From Candidatus Tepidifontimicrobium thermophilum (GTDB taxonomy: Bacteria; Sysuimicrobiota; Sysuimicrobiia; Sysuimicrobiales; Sysuimicrobiaceae): DNA of 64,000 nt. The position numbers and the translations under genes are program-made. Within the stretch, counting starts at the first letter, position 1. Every line of letters begins with the position of its first letter. The stretch covers positions 64,001 to 128,000 of the forward strand of contig JAVKHO010000003.1 of NCBI GenBank assembly GCA_031459915.1, in the 5' to 3' direction. The notes beneath the pieces were generated by a model. It did no database searches, was not told where the DNA came from, and saw nothing but the letters and a program-made list of their open reading frames with translations. Shown piece by piece: positions 51,472 through 60,236 of this stretch.

Positions 51472-52911
51472 TCAGATGTCGAAGTACAGGTAGAACTCGT
51501 ACGGGTGGGGGCGGATGTTCACCTCGTGGAGCTCCCGCTCCCGCTTGTACGCGATCCACGTGTCCAGAAGGTCCCGGGTGAACACGTCGCCCTCCAACAG
51601 GAACTCGCAGTCCGCCTCCAGCGCGTCCAGCACCGCGGCCAGCGAACCGGGCACGCTCTTCACCTTCGCCGCTTCCTCGGGCGGGAGCTCGTACGTGTTC
51701 ACGTCCAGGGGGCCGAAGGGAGAGGGGTCCAGCTTGCGGCGGACGCCGTCCAGGCCGGCCATGAGCATGGCGGCAAAGGCCAGGTACGGGTTGCAGCTGG
51801 GGTCCGGCGGCCGGAACTCGATGCGCTTGCTGGCTGCCGACTCCGCGCCGAAGTGGTACATGGGGATCCGGACGCAGGCGCTGCGGTTCCGCTTGCTGAA
51901 CGCCACGTTCACGGGTGCCTCGTAGTGGGGGACCAGCCGCTTGTAGGAGTTGGTGGTGGGGCTGGTGAGGCCCAGCAGGGCGTCCACGTGGGTGAGCAGG
52001 CCCGCCACGTAGTGGAGGGCGAGGGGGCTCAGCTCCGCGTAGCCCCCCTCCCCGTAGAACAGGTTCCGTCCGTCCTTCCACAGGCTCTGGTGGGTGTGCA
52101 TGCCGTTGCCGTTGTCCCCGAATAGAGGTTTCGGCATGAAGGTCACCGTGCAGCCGTGGCGGCGGGCCACGTTGCGCATGACGTACTTGTACACCATCAC
52201 CTTGTCGGCCATGCGGACCAGGGTATCCCGCTCCATGTCCACCTCCGCCTGGCCGGCGGTGGCCACCTCGTGGTGGTGCATCTCCACGGGGATCCCGATC
52301 TGCTCCAGGATCAGCGCCGCCTCGCTGCGGATGTCCTGGAAGGTGTCGCTGGGCGGCGCGGGGAAGTAACCCTCCTTGGGCCGGATCTTGTAGCCCAGGT
52401 TCTTGCCCTCCCCGTTGCCGCTGTTCCAGATCCCCTCCCGGCTGTCAATGCAGTACCCCGACCGGTGGGGGGTCACCTCGTACGTCACGTGGTCGAAGAT
52501 GAAGAACTCGATCTCCGGCCCCCAGAAGCTTGTGTCCGCGATCCCCGTCTCCTTCAGGTAGGCCTCCGCCTTACGGGCCACGTACCGGGGGTCGCGGGAG
52601 TACGGTGCCCGGGTCTCGGGGTCCACCACGTCGCAGATCATCACGAGGGTCGGAATTTCCAGGAAGGGGTCCACGAAGGCGGTGTTGGGGTCGGGCAGCA
52701 GGAGCATGTCGCTCTCCTGGATGGCCTGAAAGCCCCGGATGCTGCTCCCGTCGAACCCGATCCCCTTGGTGAAGGTGGACAGGTCCACCTGGGAGGCGGG
52801 GACCGAAGCGTGCTGCCACGTCCCCGGTAGGTCGGTGAACCGCAAGTCCACGATCTGGACCCCCTTCTCCTTGATCAGGGCCAGCACGTCGCTGGGCGTC
52901 CTGGGAACCAT
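51472..52911 (-). CDS. glnA: Glutamine synthetase type I
   Basis: FDGSSI, HHEVA, FMPKP, GNGMH, NSYKRL, NRSA, RIEFR; adenylylation-site-like DVNTYEL. Confidence 0.97.
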   Translation of the reverse strand: MVPRTPSDVLALIKEKGVQIVDLRFTDLPGTWQHASVPASQVDLSTFTKGIGFDGSSIRGFQAIQESDMLLLPDPNTAFVDPFLEIPTLVMICDVVDPETRAPYSRDPRYVARKAEAYLKETGIADTSFWGPEIEFFIFDHVTYEVTPHRSGYCIDSREGIWNSGNGEGKNLGYKIRPKEGYFPAPPSDTFQDIRSEAALILEQIGIPVEMHHHEVATAGQAEVDMERDTLVRMADKVMVYKYVMRNVARRHGCTVTFMPKPLFGDNGNGMHTHQSLWKDGRNLFYGEGGYAELSPLALHYVAGLLTHVDALLGLTSPTTNSYKRLVPHYEAPVNVAFSKRNRSACVRIPMYHFGAESAASKRIEFRPPDPSCNPYLAFAAMLMAGLDGVRRKLDPSPFGPLDVNTYELPPEEAAKVKSVPGSLAAVLDALEADCEFLLEGDVFTRDLLDTWIAYKRERELHEVNIRPHPYEFYLYFDI

Positions 52912-52962
52912 CTGTTGCACCTCCCGTCCGGTCTTTTTTGCGCGAACGCCGAAGACTCGCGG

Positions 52963-53065
52963 AAACACAAAGACGCCCCGGCGCCGCAAGGGCGCGGGGC
53001 GTCGTGGCCCACGCAGTGCTATTCAGCTCGGCGTGTTTATACCACAGACGTGGGTGGGCCGTCAA
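52963..53065 (-). promoter_or_regulatory. glnA promoter plus attenuator (hexaloop hairpin overlapping a terminator)
   Basis: TTGACG-N18-TATAAA; GGGC-CACGAC-GCCC (52997-53010) overlaps terminator stem 52972-53003 followed by TTTGTGTTT. Confidence 0.8.
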
Positions 53066-53169
53066 ACCTCCTCTTCGGCCCGCCCCGCCCGCCGCAGGAG
53101 ACGGCTGGGCAGCACCACCCACGCGCAGAACAACAGCACGAACGAACCGAGGGCGATCCACGCTTCCAC
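53062..53169 (-). CDS. 35-aa single-TM small protein (not in the ORF track)
   Basis: AAAGGAGG 8 nt before GTG; MEAWIALGSFVLLFCAWVVLPSRLLRRAGRAEEEV*. Confidence 0.75.
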   Translation of the reverse strand: MEAWIALGSFVLLFCAWVVLPSRLLRRAGRAEEEV

Positions 53170-53212
53170 AGGTCTGACCTCCTTTCCGTCGGGCGTTTTC
53201 CGGTCTTCTGGG

Positions 53213-54583
53213 CTACGACCCGGCGCCCGCCAGCGCGGGCTCCAGGGCGTAGGCGGGCGTGCCGTGCTCGGGAATGTCCAGGCCCTGCAGCTCCTCCTCC
53301 CGGGAGGCCCGCAGGCCGATGGTGGCCCGGATGAGGGCGAACATCACGTAGCCGGTGGCGAGGGTCCAGAGGGTGACCGCCCCCATGCTGATGAGCTGGG
53401 CCACCAGCTGGCCGGTCTCGCCCACGATGAGGCCCCGCACGTTCCCGTACGTCCCGTCCGCGAAGATCCCCACGGCCAGCAGCCCCCACAGACCCCCTGC
53501 GGCGTGCACCGACACCGCGCCCACGGGGTCGTCCACCTTCAGGACCCGCTCCACGAAGCCCAGACTCCACATCATCACCAGTGCGGCCACCCCGCCGATG
53601 ACCACGGCGGCCCAGGTTGGGACGTACGCGCACGGCGCGGTGATGCCCACGAGGCCGGCGAGAGCCCCGTTGCAGGCCATGGCGATGTCGGCTTTGCCGG
53701 TGCGGGCCAGGGTCGCGTACAGGGCCACTACGCCACCCGCGGCACCCGCGAGGAAGGTGTTCACCGCCACCACGGAGATCCGCAGGTCGGTGGCGGCCAG
53801 GGTGCTGCCCGGGTTGAACCCGAACCAGCCGAAGAACAGGATGAAGGTCCCCGTGACCACGTAGGCCATGTTGTGACCCGGGATGGGGTTCGGCGTGCCG
53901 TCGGGATTGAACTTCCCGATGCGCGGGCCCACCATGGCGGCACCCACCAACCCCAGAAGCCCGCCCACCGCGTGGACCACGCCCGAGCCCGCGAAGTCCC
54001 GCGCCCCGACGCCGAAGGGGAGGTTCGCCAGCCACCCGCCGCCCCACACCCAATGGCCGTAGATGGGGTAAATCAGGGCGCTCACCAGGAAGCTGTAGGC
54101 CAGGTAGGCTTGGATCTTGGTGCGCTCCGCCATGGCCCCGGCCACGATGGTGGCCGCGGTGGCCGCGAACACCATCTGGAAGAACCAGTACAGGGCCGTG
54201 GTGACGTCGTAGGCGGCGCCGCTCAGGAAGAAGCCGGACAGACCGACCCACGGCGTCCCGTGCTCCAGGCCGCTGGCGAGCTTGCTGCCGCCGAACATGA
54301 GGGCAAACCCGAACGCCCAGTAGCTGAGGGCCGCGATACTGAAGTCCATGTAGCTCTTCGTCAGGTAATTGACGGTGTTCTTGGACCGGATCAACCCGGC
54401 GCCTAGCAGGGCGAAGCCCGCCTGCATGAAGAACACCAGGAAGGCCGCTACGAGGGTCCAGGTGAAGTTCACCGCGGAGTTGGGGTCCGCCTTGAAGGTG
54501 GTGGTCCCCGTGGGGTCTGCAGCCCACGCGGCGGGGGTACAGGCCAGCAGCAGGGCTGCGGCCAGGGTCCAGGCTCTCCGCAT
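53213..54583 (-). CDS. amtB: Ammonium transporter
   Basis: FFMQAGF, AER, DFAGSGVVH, WFGFN, DDPVGAVSVH (twin His). Confidence 0.96.
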   Translation of the reverse strand: MRRAWTLAAALLLACTPAAWAADPTGTTTFKADPNSAVNFTWTLVAAFLVFFMQAGFALLGAGLIRSKNTVNYLTKSYMDFSIAALSYWAFGFALMFGGSKLASGLEHGTPWVGLSGFFLSGAAYDVTTALYWFFQMVFAATAATIVAGAMAERTKIQAYLAYSFLVSALIYPIYGHWVWGGGWLANLPFGVGARDFAGSGVVHAVGGLLGLVGAAMVGPRIGKFNPDGTPNPIPGHNMAYVVTGTFILFFGWFGFNPGSTLAATDLRISVVAVNTFLAGAAGGVVALYATLARTGKADIAMACNGALAGLVGITAPCAYVPTWAAVVIGGVAALVMMWSLGFVERVLKVDDPVGAVSVHAAGGLWGLLAVGIFADGTYGNVRGLIVGETGQLVAQLISMGAVTLWTLATGYVMFALIRATIGLRASREEELQGLDIPEHGTPAYALEPALAGAGS

Positions 54584-54595
54584 CTGCTCCTCCCG

Positions 54596-54721
54596 AAAAG
54601 GCGAAGGACGCCCCGGAGGGCGTCCCGGCCCGAAGTTGCCGAAAAGCGAAGGCCGGGACGTCCGAAGTTGCGGGCGTCCCGGCCCTGCTCACAGCATAGC
54701 AGCGCGCCCCAAGGATGTCAA
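54596..54721 (-). promoter_or_regulatory. amt promoter plus tandem attenuators
   Basis: TTGACA-N17-TATGCT; two GGGC-CGGGAC-GCCC hairpins (54672-54685, 54618-54631), each overlapping a terminator stem with a U-rich tail. Confidence 0.82.
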
Positions 54722-55305
54722 CGGGTTTTCGGTTTCGGTTTGGGCGGCTGGGAGACGATCTCCTCGTGCACCAGCACCGCTTGCGCCACCTCCCGCATCG
54801 GGCGCCTCAGGTTCCGGCTGCGGCGCTGCAGCAGCCGGTACGCCTCCTCCTCACCGAGGCCCAGGCGCCGCATGAGCACGCCCTTCGCCCGCTCCACCAG
54901 CTTGCGGGTCTCCAGAGCCTCGCGGGCTTCCTGCAGGTCACGCCACCGGGCCCACGCCAGCTCCACCGCGGCCAGCAGCTCCGCCCCCACCACAGGCTTC
55001 ACCACGTAGCCGAAGCCGCCTGCCGCCGCAGCCGCTTCCAGGAGCCCGCGGTCGCCGAAGGCGGTCAGGAACACCACCGGCCGAGGAGACGTCTCCCGAA
55101 GGCGGCGGGCTACCTCGATGCCGTCGGGAGGGGGCATGCGTACGTCCAGAACCACCAGGTCGGGGTCGTGGGAGCGGACCAGCTCCAGGCACTCCTCCCC
55201 GTTGGCCGCTTCCCCCACTACCCGGTAGCCTGCGTCCTCCAGGATGGCCCGCACGCCCATGCGGACCACGGCCTCGTCTTCCGCGATCACGATCCGCTTG
55301 CTCAC
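54718..55305 (-). CDS. Response regulator, REC + ANTAR RNA-binding domain (EutV/PdtaR/NitR-like)
   Basis: AEDE, LDVRMP (phosphoacceptor Asp), VKP; ANTAR LETRKLVERAKGVLM..EEEAY..L..S..PMREVA. Confidence 0.95.
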   Translation of the reverse strand: MSKRIVIAEDEAVVRMGVRAILEDAGYRVVGEAANGEECLELVRSHDPDLVVLDVRMPPPDGIEVARRLRETSPRPVVFLTAFGDRGLLEAAAAAGGFGYVVKPVVGAELLAAVELAWARWRDLQEAREALETRKLVERAKGVLMRRLGLGEEEAYRLLQRRSRNLRRPMREVAQAVLVHEEIVSQPPKPKPKTR

Positions 55306-55328
55306 CGCATCCCTCCTCTTGCGGGTTC

Positions 55329-55454
55329 AAAACAAAAGCGCCCCCGGCTTCGGGGGCGTCGTGGCCTCCGGAAAACGGCGACGCCGGCGGGTACCGCCGG
55401 CGTCGTGGCCTGGGATTTCGAAGTCAGGCTAGCGGCCCGTGGGGGCCCTGTCAA
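55329..55454 (-). promoter_or_regulatory. ANTAR-regulator promoter plus tandem attenuators
   Basis: TTGACA-N17-TAGCCT; two GGC-CACGAC-GCC hairpins (55399-55410, 55355-55366), each overlapping a terminator (55379-55405; 55339-55358 plus CTTTTGTTTT). Confidence 0.82.
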
Positions 55455-58400
55455 CGGGCGGGGCGCGCTGCAGAGGCCTCGCGTGCAGCGACCTGAGCGG
55501 GGACCTCCGCCGCGGAGCGGGGCCGCACGGCCCGGAACTGACCCATGGCCCGTAGCCACCGACGCAGGAGGGACTGGGCGCGGTGGCTGCCCGTGGCCTC
55601 GTGGTAGCGGACCAGCAGCGCCCGCAGCTCTTCCGCTTCCTCCTCCGCGAGCGGCCCGGTCTGGACGGAGTCGGTGTTGACCTGGCGGTCCAGCACCCCA
55701 GCCTCGTCCAGCACGTACGCGCGGCCGCCCGTCATGCCCGCTCCGAAGTTCCGGCCCACGGGGCCCAGCACCACTACCACGCCACCCGTCATGTACTCGC
55801 AGCAGTGGTCGCCGGCACCCTCCACCACCGCCACGGCACCGCTGTTGCGCACTGCGAAGCGCTCGCCGGCCCGGCCCGCGGCGAAGAACACCCCACCGGT
55901 AGCGCCGTACAGCACCGTGTTCCCCACGATGACGTGCTTCCAGCTCTCCCGGTGTAAAGGCGGCGGGGGAACGATGACGATCTCGCCCCCGGACATCCCC
56001 TTGCCCGCGTAATCATTGGCCTCACCCACCAACCGGAGGTGCATCCCCGGTACGCAGAACGCCCCGAAGCTCTGGCCCGCAGCGCCCTCGAAGGTGAGCC
56101 GCAGGGTACCCTCGGGAAGCCCGTCCTCGCCCCAGCGCTGGGCGATCTCGCCCGCCAGGGTGGCGCCCACGGTGCGGTCTCGGTTGGTGATGGGATGGTG
56201 TCCCTCTGCGGGCACCCCGTGCTCCACCGTTTGCCGGTACTGCTCTACCAGCAGCCGGTTCAGCCTGCCCTCCACGGACAGGGGGTCCGCAAAGCTCCCG
56301 CGGGTCTCGCCCTCCGCCGGTTGCAGGATCTCCGACAGGTCCAGCCGCTCCGCCCGGTACAGGGTGACGTCGTCCCGCACCCGGAGCAGGTCCACCCGGC
56401 CCACGATCTCGTCCAGGGACCTGGCCCCTAACTGCGCCAGTTGGCGCCGGACGTCCTCCGCGAGGGCACGGAAGTACGCTTCCACCCGCTCGGGCGTGCC
56501 CGGGAACTTGCCGCGCAGGTCTTCCCGCTGGGTGGCGATCCCCACGGGGCAGGTGTTGCTGTGGCACTGCCGGGCCATCACGCAGCCCAGGGCGACCAGG
56601 GCCGCGGTGCCGAACCCGAACTCGTCCGCGCCCAGCAAGGCCGCCAGCACCACGTCGCGCCCGACCTTGAACCCTCCGTCCACCCGCAGGCGCACGCGGC
56701 CGCGCAGCCCGTTGGCGCTCAGGGCCCGGCGAGCCTCGCTCAGCCCCACCTCCCAGGGCAGGCCCGCGTTCTTGATGGAGTCCAGAGGGGAAGCCCCCGT
56801 GCCGCCCTCGTGGCCGCTGATCTGCACCACGTCCGCGAACCCCTTCGCCACACCGGAGGCGATGGTGCCCACCCCTGTAGTGGCCACCAGCTTCACGGCC
56901 ACGTGCGCGGTGGGGTGCACCTGCTTGAGGTCGTAGATGAGCTGGGCCAGGTCCTCGATGCTGTAGATGTCATGGTGAGGCGGCGGGGAGATGAGGGTCG
57001 TGCCGGGCTGCGTCTTCCGCAGCCGGGCGATCTCCTCGGTGACCTTGTGTCCCAGCAGCTGCCCGCCCTCGCCGGGCTTGCTGCCCTGCGCCATTTTGAT
57101 CTCCAGCTCCACCGCCGACCGCAGGTACCCCGCGGTCACTCCGAACCGGCCCGAGGCGACCTGCTTGATGGTGGTGTTCGGCCAGTCCCCGTTGGGCCGG
57201 ACCTTCCGACGGGCGGGATCCTCACCGCCCTCGCCGCTGTTGCTGCGCATACCCAGTCGGTTGGCGGCGATGGCCAGGGTCTCGTGGGCTTCCCGGGAGA
57301 GGGCCCCGTGGGACATGGCGGAGATCACGAACCGGCGGAGGATGTTCTCCACCGGCTCCACCTCCTCCAGGGGCACCGGAGGTCCGGCGGGGCGGATCTC
57401 GAGGAGGTCCCGGAGGGCCTGTGGCGGTCTGGAGCCCACTAGCTGGGCCAGCTTCGGGTACTCCTCAGCGCCGTTGAGGCTCACGCGGTGGATGGCCTTC
57501 ACCACGTCGGGCTCGAACCCGTGCTGCTCGCCCCCGTGCCGGTACCGGTAGAAACCGACGTCGGGGACGGTGGCGGGCTCGCCGTCGAGGGCCCGTCGGT
57601 AGGCGGCGTGGCGCTCCAGGACGTCCCGTGCGAGAGCTGCCAGGTCTACGCCCGGAGCGTGGTTGGGAGTCCCCGGGAAGTAGCGCTCCACCAGCGCCCG
57701 GTCCAGTCCGATGGTCTCGAAGATCTGAGCCCCGCAGTACGCCTGCAGGGGCGCAATCCCCATCTTGGCCATGACCTTGAGCAGGCCGGCTTCCAGCGCT
57801 TTCTTGAGGTTCGCGGCCCCCTGGGGCGAAAGCTTCTGGGCGGTCTCCAGGGCGAGGTAGGGGTAGACCCCTTCGGCGCCGTAGCCTACCAGGCACGCCA
57901 CGTGGTGGACCTCCCGTGCCTCCCCGGTCTCCACCAGCAGGGCGGTGCTGAGCCGGAGGCCATGACGGATCAGGTGGTGGTGGACGGCTGCGGTGGCCAG
58001 CAGGGCAGGGATGGGCGCGCGCTCCCGGCTGAGGCCGCGGTCGGTAAGGACCAAGGCCGTACACCCCTCCCGCACGGCCTGCGCGGCCTGCTGGCACAGG
58101 CGGTCTAGCGCTTCCTGCAGGCCCTGCGGCCCCCGCGACGCCTCGAAGGTAGCGTCCAGGCGACAGGGCTTCAGGGGGACCTCCTCCAGCCAGTCCAGGT
58201 CCGGCAGCACCGGGCTTGCCAGCTCCACTAGGTCCGCGTGCTCGGGAGTTTCTTCCAGGAACGACCGGCGCGGCCCCAGACGCACTTCCAGGGACATGAC
58301 CACCCGCTCCCGCAGCGGGTCGATGGGGGGGTTGGTGACCTGGGCGAACCGCTGGCGGAAGAACTGGTACAACAGCCGGGGGTGGCTGGACAGGGCCGAA

Positions 58401-59857
58401 GGCGGCGTGTCGTCTCCCATGGAGCCCACCGCGTCCTTGCCGTCTGCGGCCATGGCCTGCAACACCCGCTGCAGGTCCTCCTTTGTGTAACCGAAGGCGA
58501 GGTGCAGAAGATGCAGGGACCCACCCGCGTGCGTCCGGGGCTGCGGCTTGGGGTCCACGCGCACCAGACGCTCCACCCACTTGGCGTACGGCTGGCGCGA
58601 GGCCAGTCGGTGGCGGATCTCGGGGTGGTGGAGAAGCTGGCGCGCCTCCAGGTCCACCACGACCATGTGGCCTGGCCCCAGCCGCCCGCGCTCAAGGACC
58701 CGCCCGGGAGCGATGGGCAGCACCCCTACCTCGGAGGCGGCCACCACCAGGCCGTCGCGGGTGACGGTGTAGCGGGCGGGACGCAGGCCGTTGCGATCCA
58801 GGGCCATGCCCACCGTGCGCCCGTCGAAGAAGGCCAGCGCCGCGGGGCCGTCCCACGGTTCGGCCAGGCACGCGTGGTACCGGTAGAATCCGCGCACGGA
58901 ACCATCGAGCTCCCACGCGCCCTCCCATGCCTCGGGGACCAGCATCCGCAGCGCGTGCGGCAGGTCCCGGCCACTGCGGCGCAGCAGCTCCAGCACGTTG
59001 TCCAGCATGGCGCTGTCGCTGCCGCCGTCCTGGATCACGGGGAGCAGCTCTTGCAACCGGTCCCCCCACAGGCTGCTGGACAGGGCGCCCTCCCGCGCCC
59101 GCATCCAGTTCACGTTGCCCAGCAGAGTGTTGATCTCGCCGTTGTGGGCCAGCAGGCGGAAGGGCTGCGCCAGCTGCCACGAGGGGTTGGTGTTGGTGCT
59201 GTAACGCTGGTGGAACACCGCGGCCCGGACCGCGAAGTCCGGGTCCTGCAGGTCCAGGTAGAAGCGCTCCAGCTGCGGAGCGGAAACCAGGGCCTTGTAC
59301 ACCACGGTGCGGGACGAAAGCGAGGGGACGTACAGGCCGAGGGGCGCTGCGCGTTTCTCTATGCGGCGCCGGACCAGGTACAGGTGCCGCTCCAGGGCCT
59401 CCGGGTCCAGATCAGGGGACGCGGTCAAAAGCGCCTGCTGGATGCGGGGCAGAGTGCGCAGCGCGTACTCGCCTAGGGCTTTGGGCTGCACGGGCGGGGT
59501 GCGCCATCCCAACAGGTGCAGGCCCGCGCGATGGAACTCCTCCTCGCACACCGCGCGGCAGGCCCGGTACACCTCCTCCTCCGCTGGGAAGAAGAAGACA
59601 CCGACCGCCAGAGGCCGCTCGTCGCCGCGGCAGCCCATCTCCCGCAGCACCCGGGCGAACAGCCCGTGCGGGATCTCCGTGAGCACCCCCGCCCCGTCCC
59701 CCGTGCGGCCGTCCGCAGCCTGCGCGCCCCGGTGGGCCAGGTTGCGGAGGGCTGTCAGCGCCGCCTGCAGCACGGCGTGGGACGGGGCCGCGTCCAGCCG
59801 CGCTACGAACCCCACCCCGCACGCGTCGCGCTCAGGAAACGCTGCCAGAGACGTCAC
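55451..59857 (-). CDS. gltB: Glutamate synthase large subunit
   Basis: GTG 59857 with RBS; CGVGF N-terminal nucleophile, HQRYSTNT, KQVASGRFG, KPGEGG, CVMARQCH..CP, GXGXG repeats. Confidence 0.97.
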   Translation of the reverse strand: MTSLAAFPERDACGVGFVARLDAAPSHAVLQAALTALRNLAHRGAQAADGRTGDGAGVLTEIPHGLFARVLREMGCRGDERPLAVGVFFFPAEEEVYRACRAVCEEEFHRAGLHLLGWRTPPVQPKALGEYALRTLPRIQQALLTASPDLDPEALERHLYLVRRRIEKRAAPLGLYVPSLSSRTVVYKALVSAPQLERFYLDLQDPDFAVRAAVFHQRYSTNTNPSWQLAQPFRLLAHNGEINTLLGNVNWMRAREGALSSSLWGDRLQELLPVIQDGGSDSAMLDNVLELLRRSGRDLPHALRMLVPEAWEGAWELDGSVRGFYRYHACLAEPWDGPAALAFFDGRTVGMALDRNGLRPARYTVTRDGLVVAASEVGVLPIAPGRVLERGRLGPGHMVVVDLEARQLLHHPEIRHRLASRQPYAKWVERLVRVDPKPQPRTHAGGSLHLLHLAFGYTKEDLQRVLQAMAADGKDAVGSMGDDTPPSALSSHPRLLYQFFRQRFAQVTNPPIDPLRERVVMSLEVRLGPRRSFLEETPEHADLVELASPVLPDLDWLEEVPLKPCRLDATFEASRGPQGLQEALDRLCQQAAQAVREGCTALVLTDRGLSRERAPIPALLATAAVHHHLIRHGLRLSTALLVETGEAREVHHVACLVGYGAEGVYPYLALETAQKLSPQGAANLKKALEAGLLKVMAKMGIAPLQAYCGAQIFETIGLDRALVERYFPGTPNHAPGVDLAALARDVLERHAAYRRALDGEPATVPDVGFYRYRHGGEQHGFEPDVVKAIHRVSLNGAEEYPKLAQLVGSRPPQALRDLLEIRPAGPPVPLEEVEPVENILRRFVISAMSHGALSREAHETLAIAANRLGMRSNSGEGGEDPARRKVRPNGDWPNTTIKQVASGRFGVTAGYLRSAVELEIKMAQGSKPGEGGQLLGHKVTEEIARLRKTQPGTTLISPPPHHDIYSIEDLAQLIYDLKQVHPTAHVAVKLVATTGVGTIASGVAKGFADVVQISGHEGGTGASPLDSIKNAGLPWEVGLSEARRALSANGLRGRVRLRVDGGFKVGRDVVLAALLGADEFGFGTAALVALGCVMARQCHSNTCPVGIATQREDLRGKFPGTPERVEAYFRALAEDVRRQLAQLGARSLDEIVGRVDLLRVRDDVTLYRAERLDLSEILQPAEGETRGSFADPLSVEGRLNRLLVEQYRQTVEHGVPAEGHHPITNRDRTVGATLAGEIAQRWGEDGLPEGTLRLTFEGAAGQSFGAFCVPGMHLRLVGEANDYAGKGMSGGEIVIVPPPPLHRESWKHVIVGNTVLYGATGGVFFAAGRAGERFAVRNSGAVAVVEGAGDHCCEYMTGGVVVVLGPVGRNFGAGMTGGRAYVLDEAGVLDRQVNTDSVQTGPLAEEEAEELRALLVRYHEATGSHRAQSLLRRWLRAMGQFRAVRPRSAAEVPAQVAAREASAARPAR

Positions 59858-59895
59858 GGTCCCGGCTCCCTCCTCAGGAAATCGGAAGATAGCCC

Positions 59896-59941
59896 AAAGC
59901 CCGAGGGGGCCTCGGCTTGAGGAACCTCCCCCTCGGGCTTT
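59896..59941 (-). terminator. Riboswitch expression-platform hairpin
   Basis: 14-bp stem AAAGCCCGAGGGGG/CCCCCTCGGGCTTT that uses the aptamer 3' strand; weak U tail. Confidence 0.7.
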
Positions 59942-60034
59942 TGTCCCGACGGTGTAGCGAGTCCGGAAACCCGCCTGCGCCGCTCGGTCCAGGCCGGCCG
60001 GGGTTGGGCCGCGGAACCCTAGGCGCACTTCCTC
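59919..60034 (-). ncRNA. ykkC-yxkD-family riboswitch, probable ppGpp subtype (2a)
   Basis: GAGGAAGUG..CCUAGGGUUCCG..GGACCGAGCGG..ACACCGUCGGGACAAAAGCCCGAGGGGGAGGUUCCUC; P0 helix present; lies upstream of gltB. Confidence 0.88.
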
Positions 60035-60058
60035 ACGAGAGCGATTTCGTTTCTTTGT

Positions 60059-60087
60059 TAGATAGCAGTGCAGGGTGGAGCTGTCAA
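60059..60087 (-). promoter_or_regulatory. gltB promoter
   Basis: TTGACA-N17-TATCTA with a TG extension. Confidence 0.65.
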
Positions 60088-60236
60088 CGGGCTCGGCCGG
60101 GAAAAGGAGCAAGTTCTTCGGAAATTCTGTGACAGACAGCACGGGAAGGTCGCAATATTCGAACGTTCGTGAGCGCCACGTTCGGAGAAGTGCTGGGGGT
60201 CACTTCCCCCTGGTACAATGGTGGCAAAACCGGTAA

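Noticed and set aside
52912..53040. Glutamine (glnA-motif) riboswitch upstream of glnA
   Set aside because: Conserved GGAAGUA/E-loop elements not found; the hexaloop-terminator module explains the leader
59919..60034. Guanidine-I or c-di-AMP riboswitch
   Set aside because: The P0 helix and gltB context fit ykkC subtype 2; ydaO consensus elements are absent
60160..60169. CGAACGTTCG as a LexA (Cheo) box
   Set aside because: Lacks the 4-nt spacer of CGAAC-N4-GTTCG, and the flanking genes are not SOS genes
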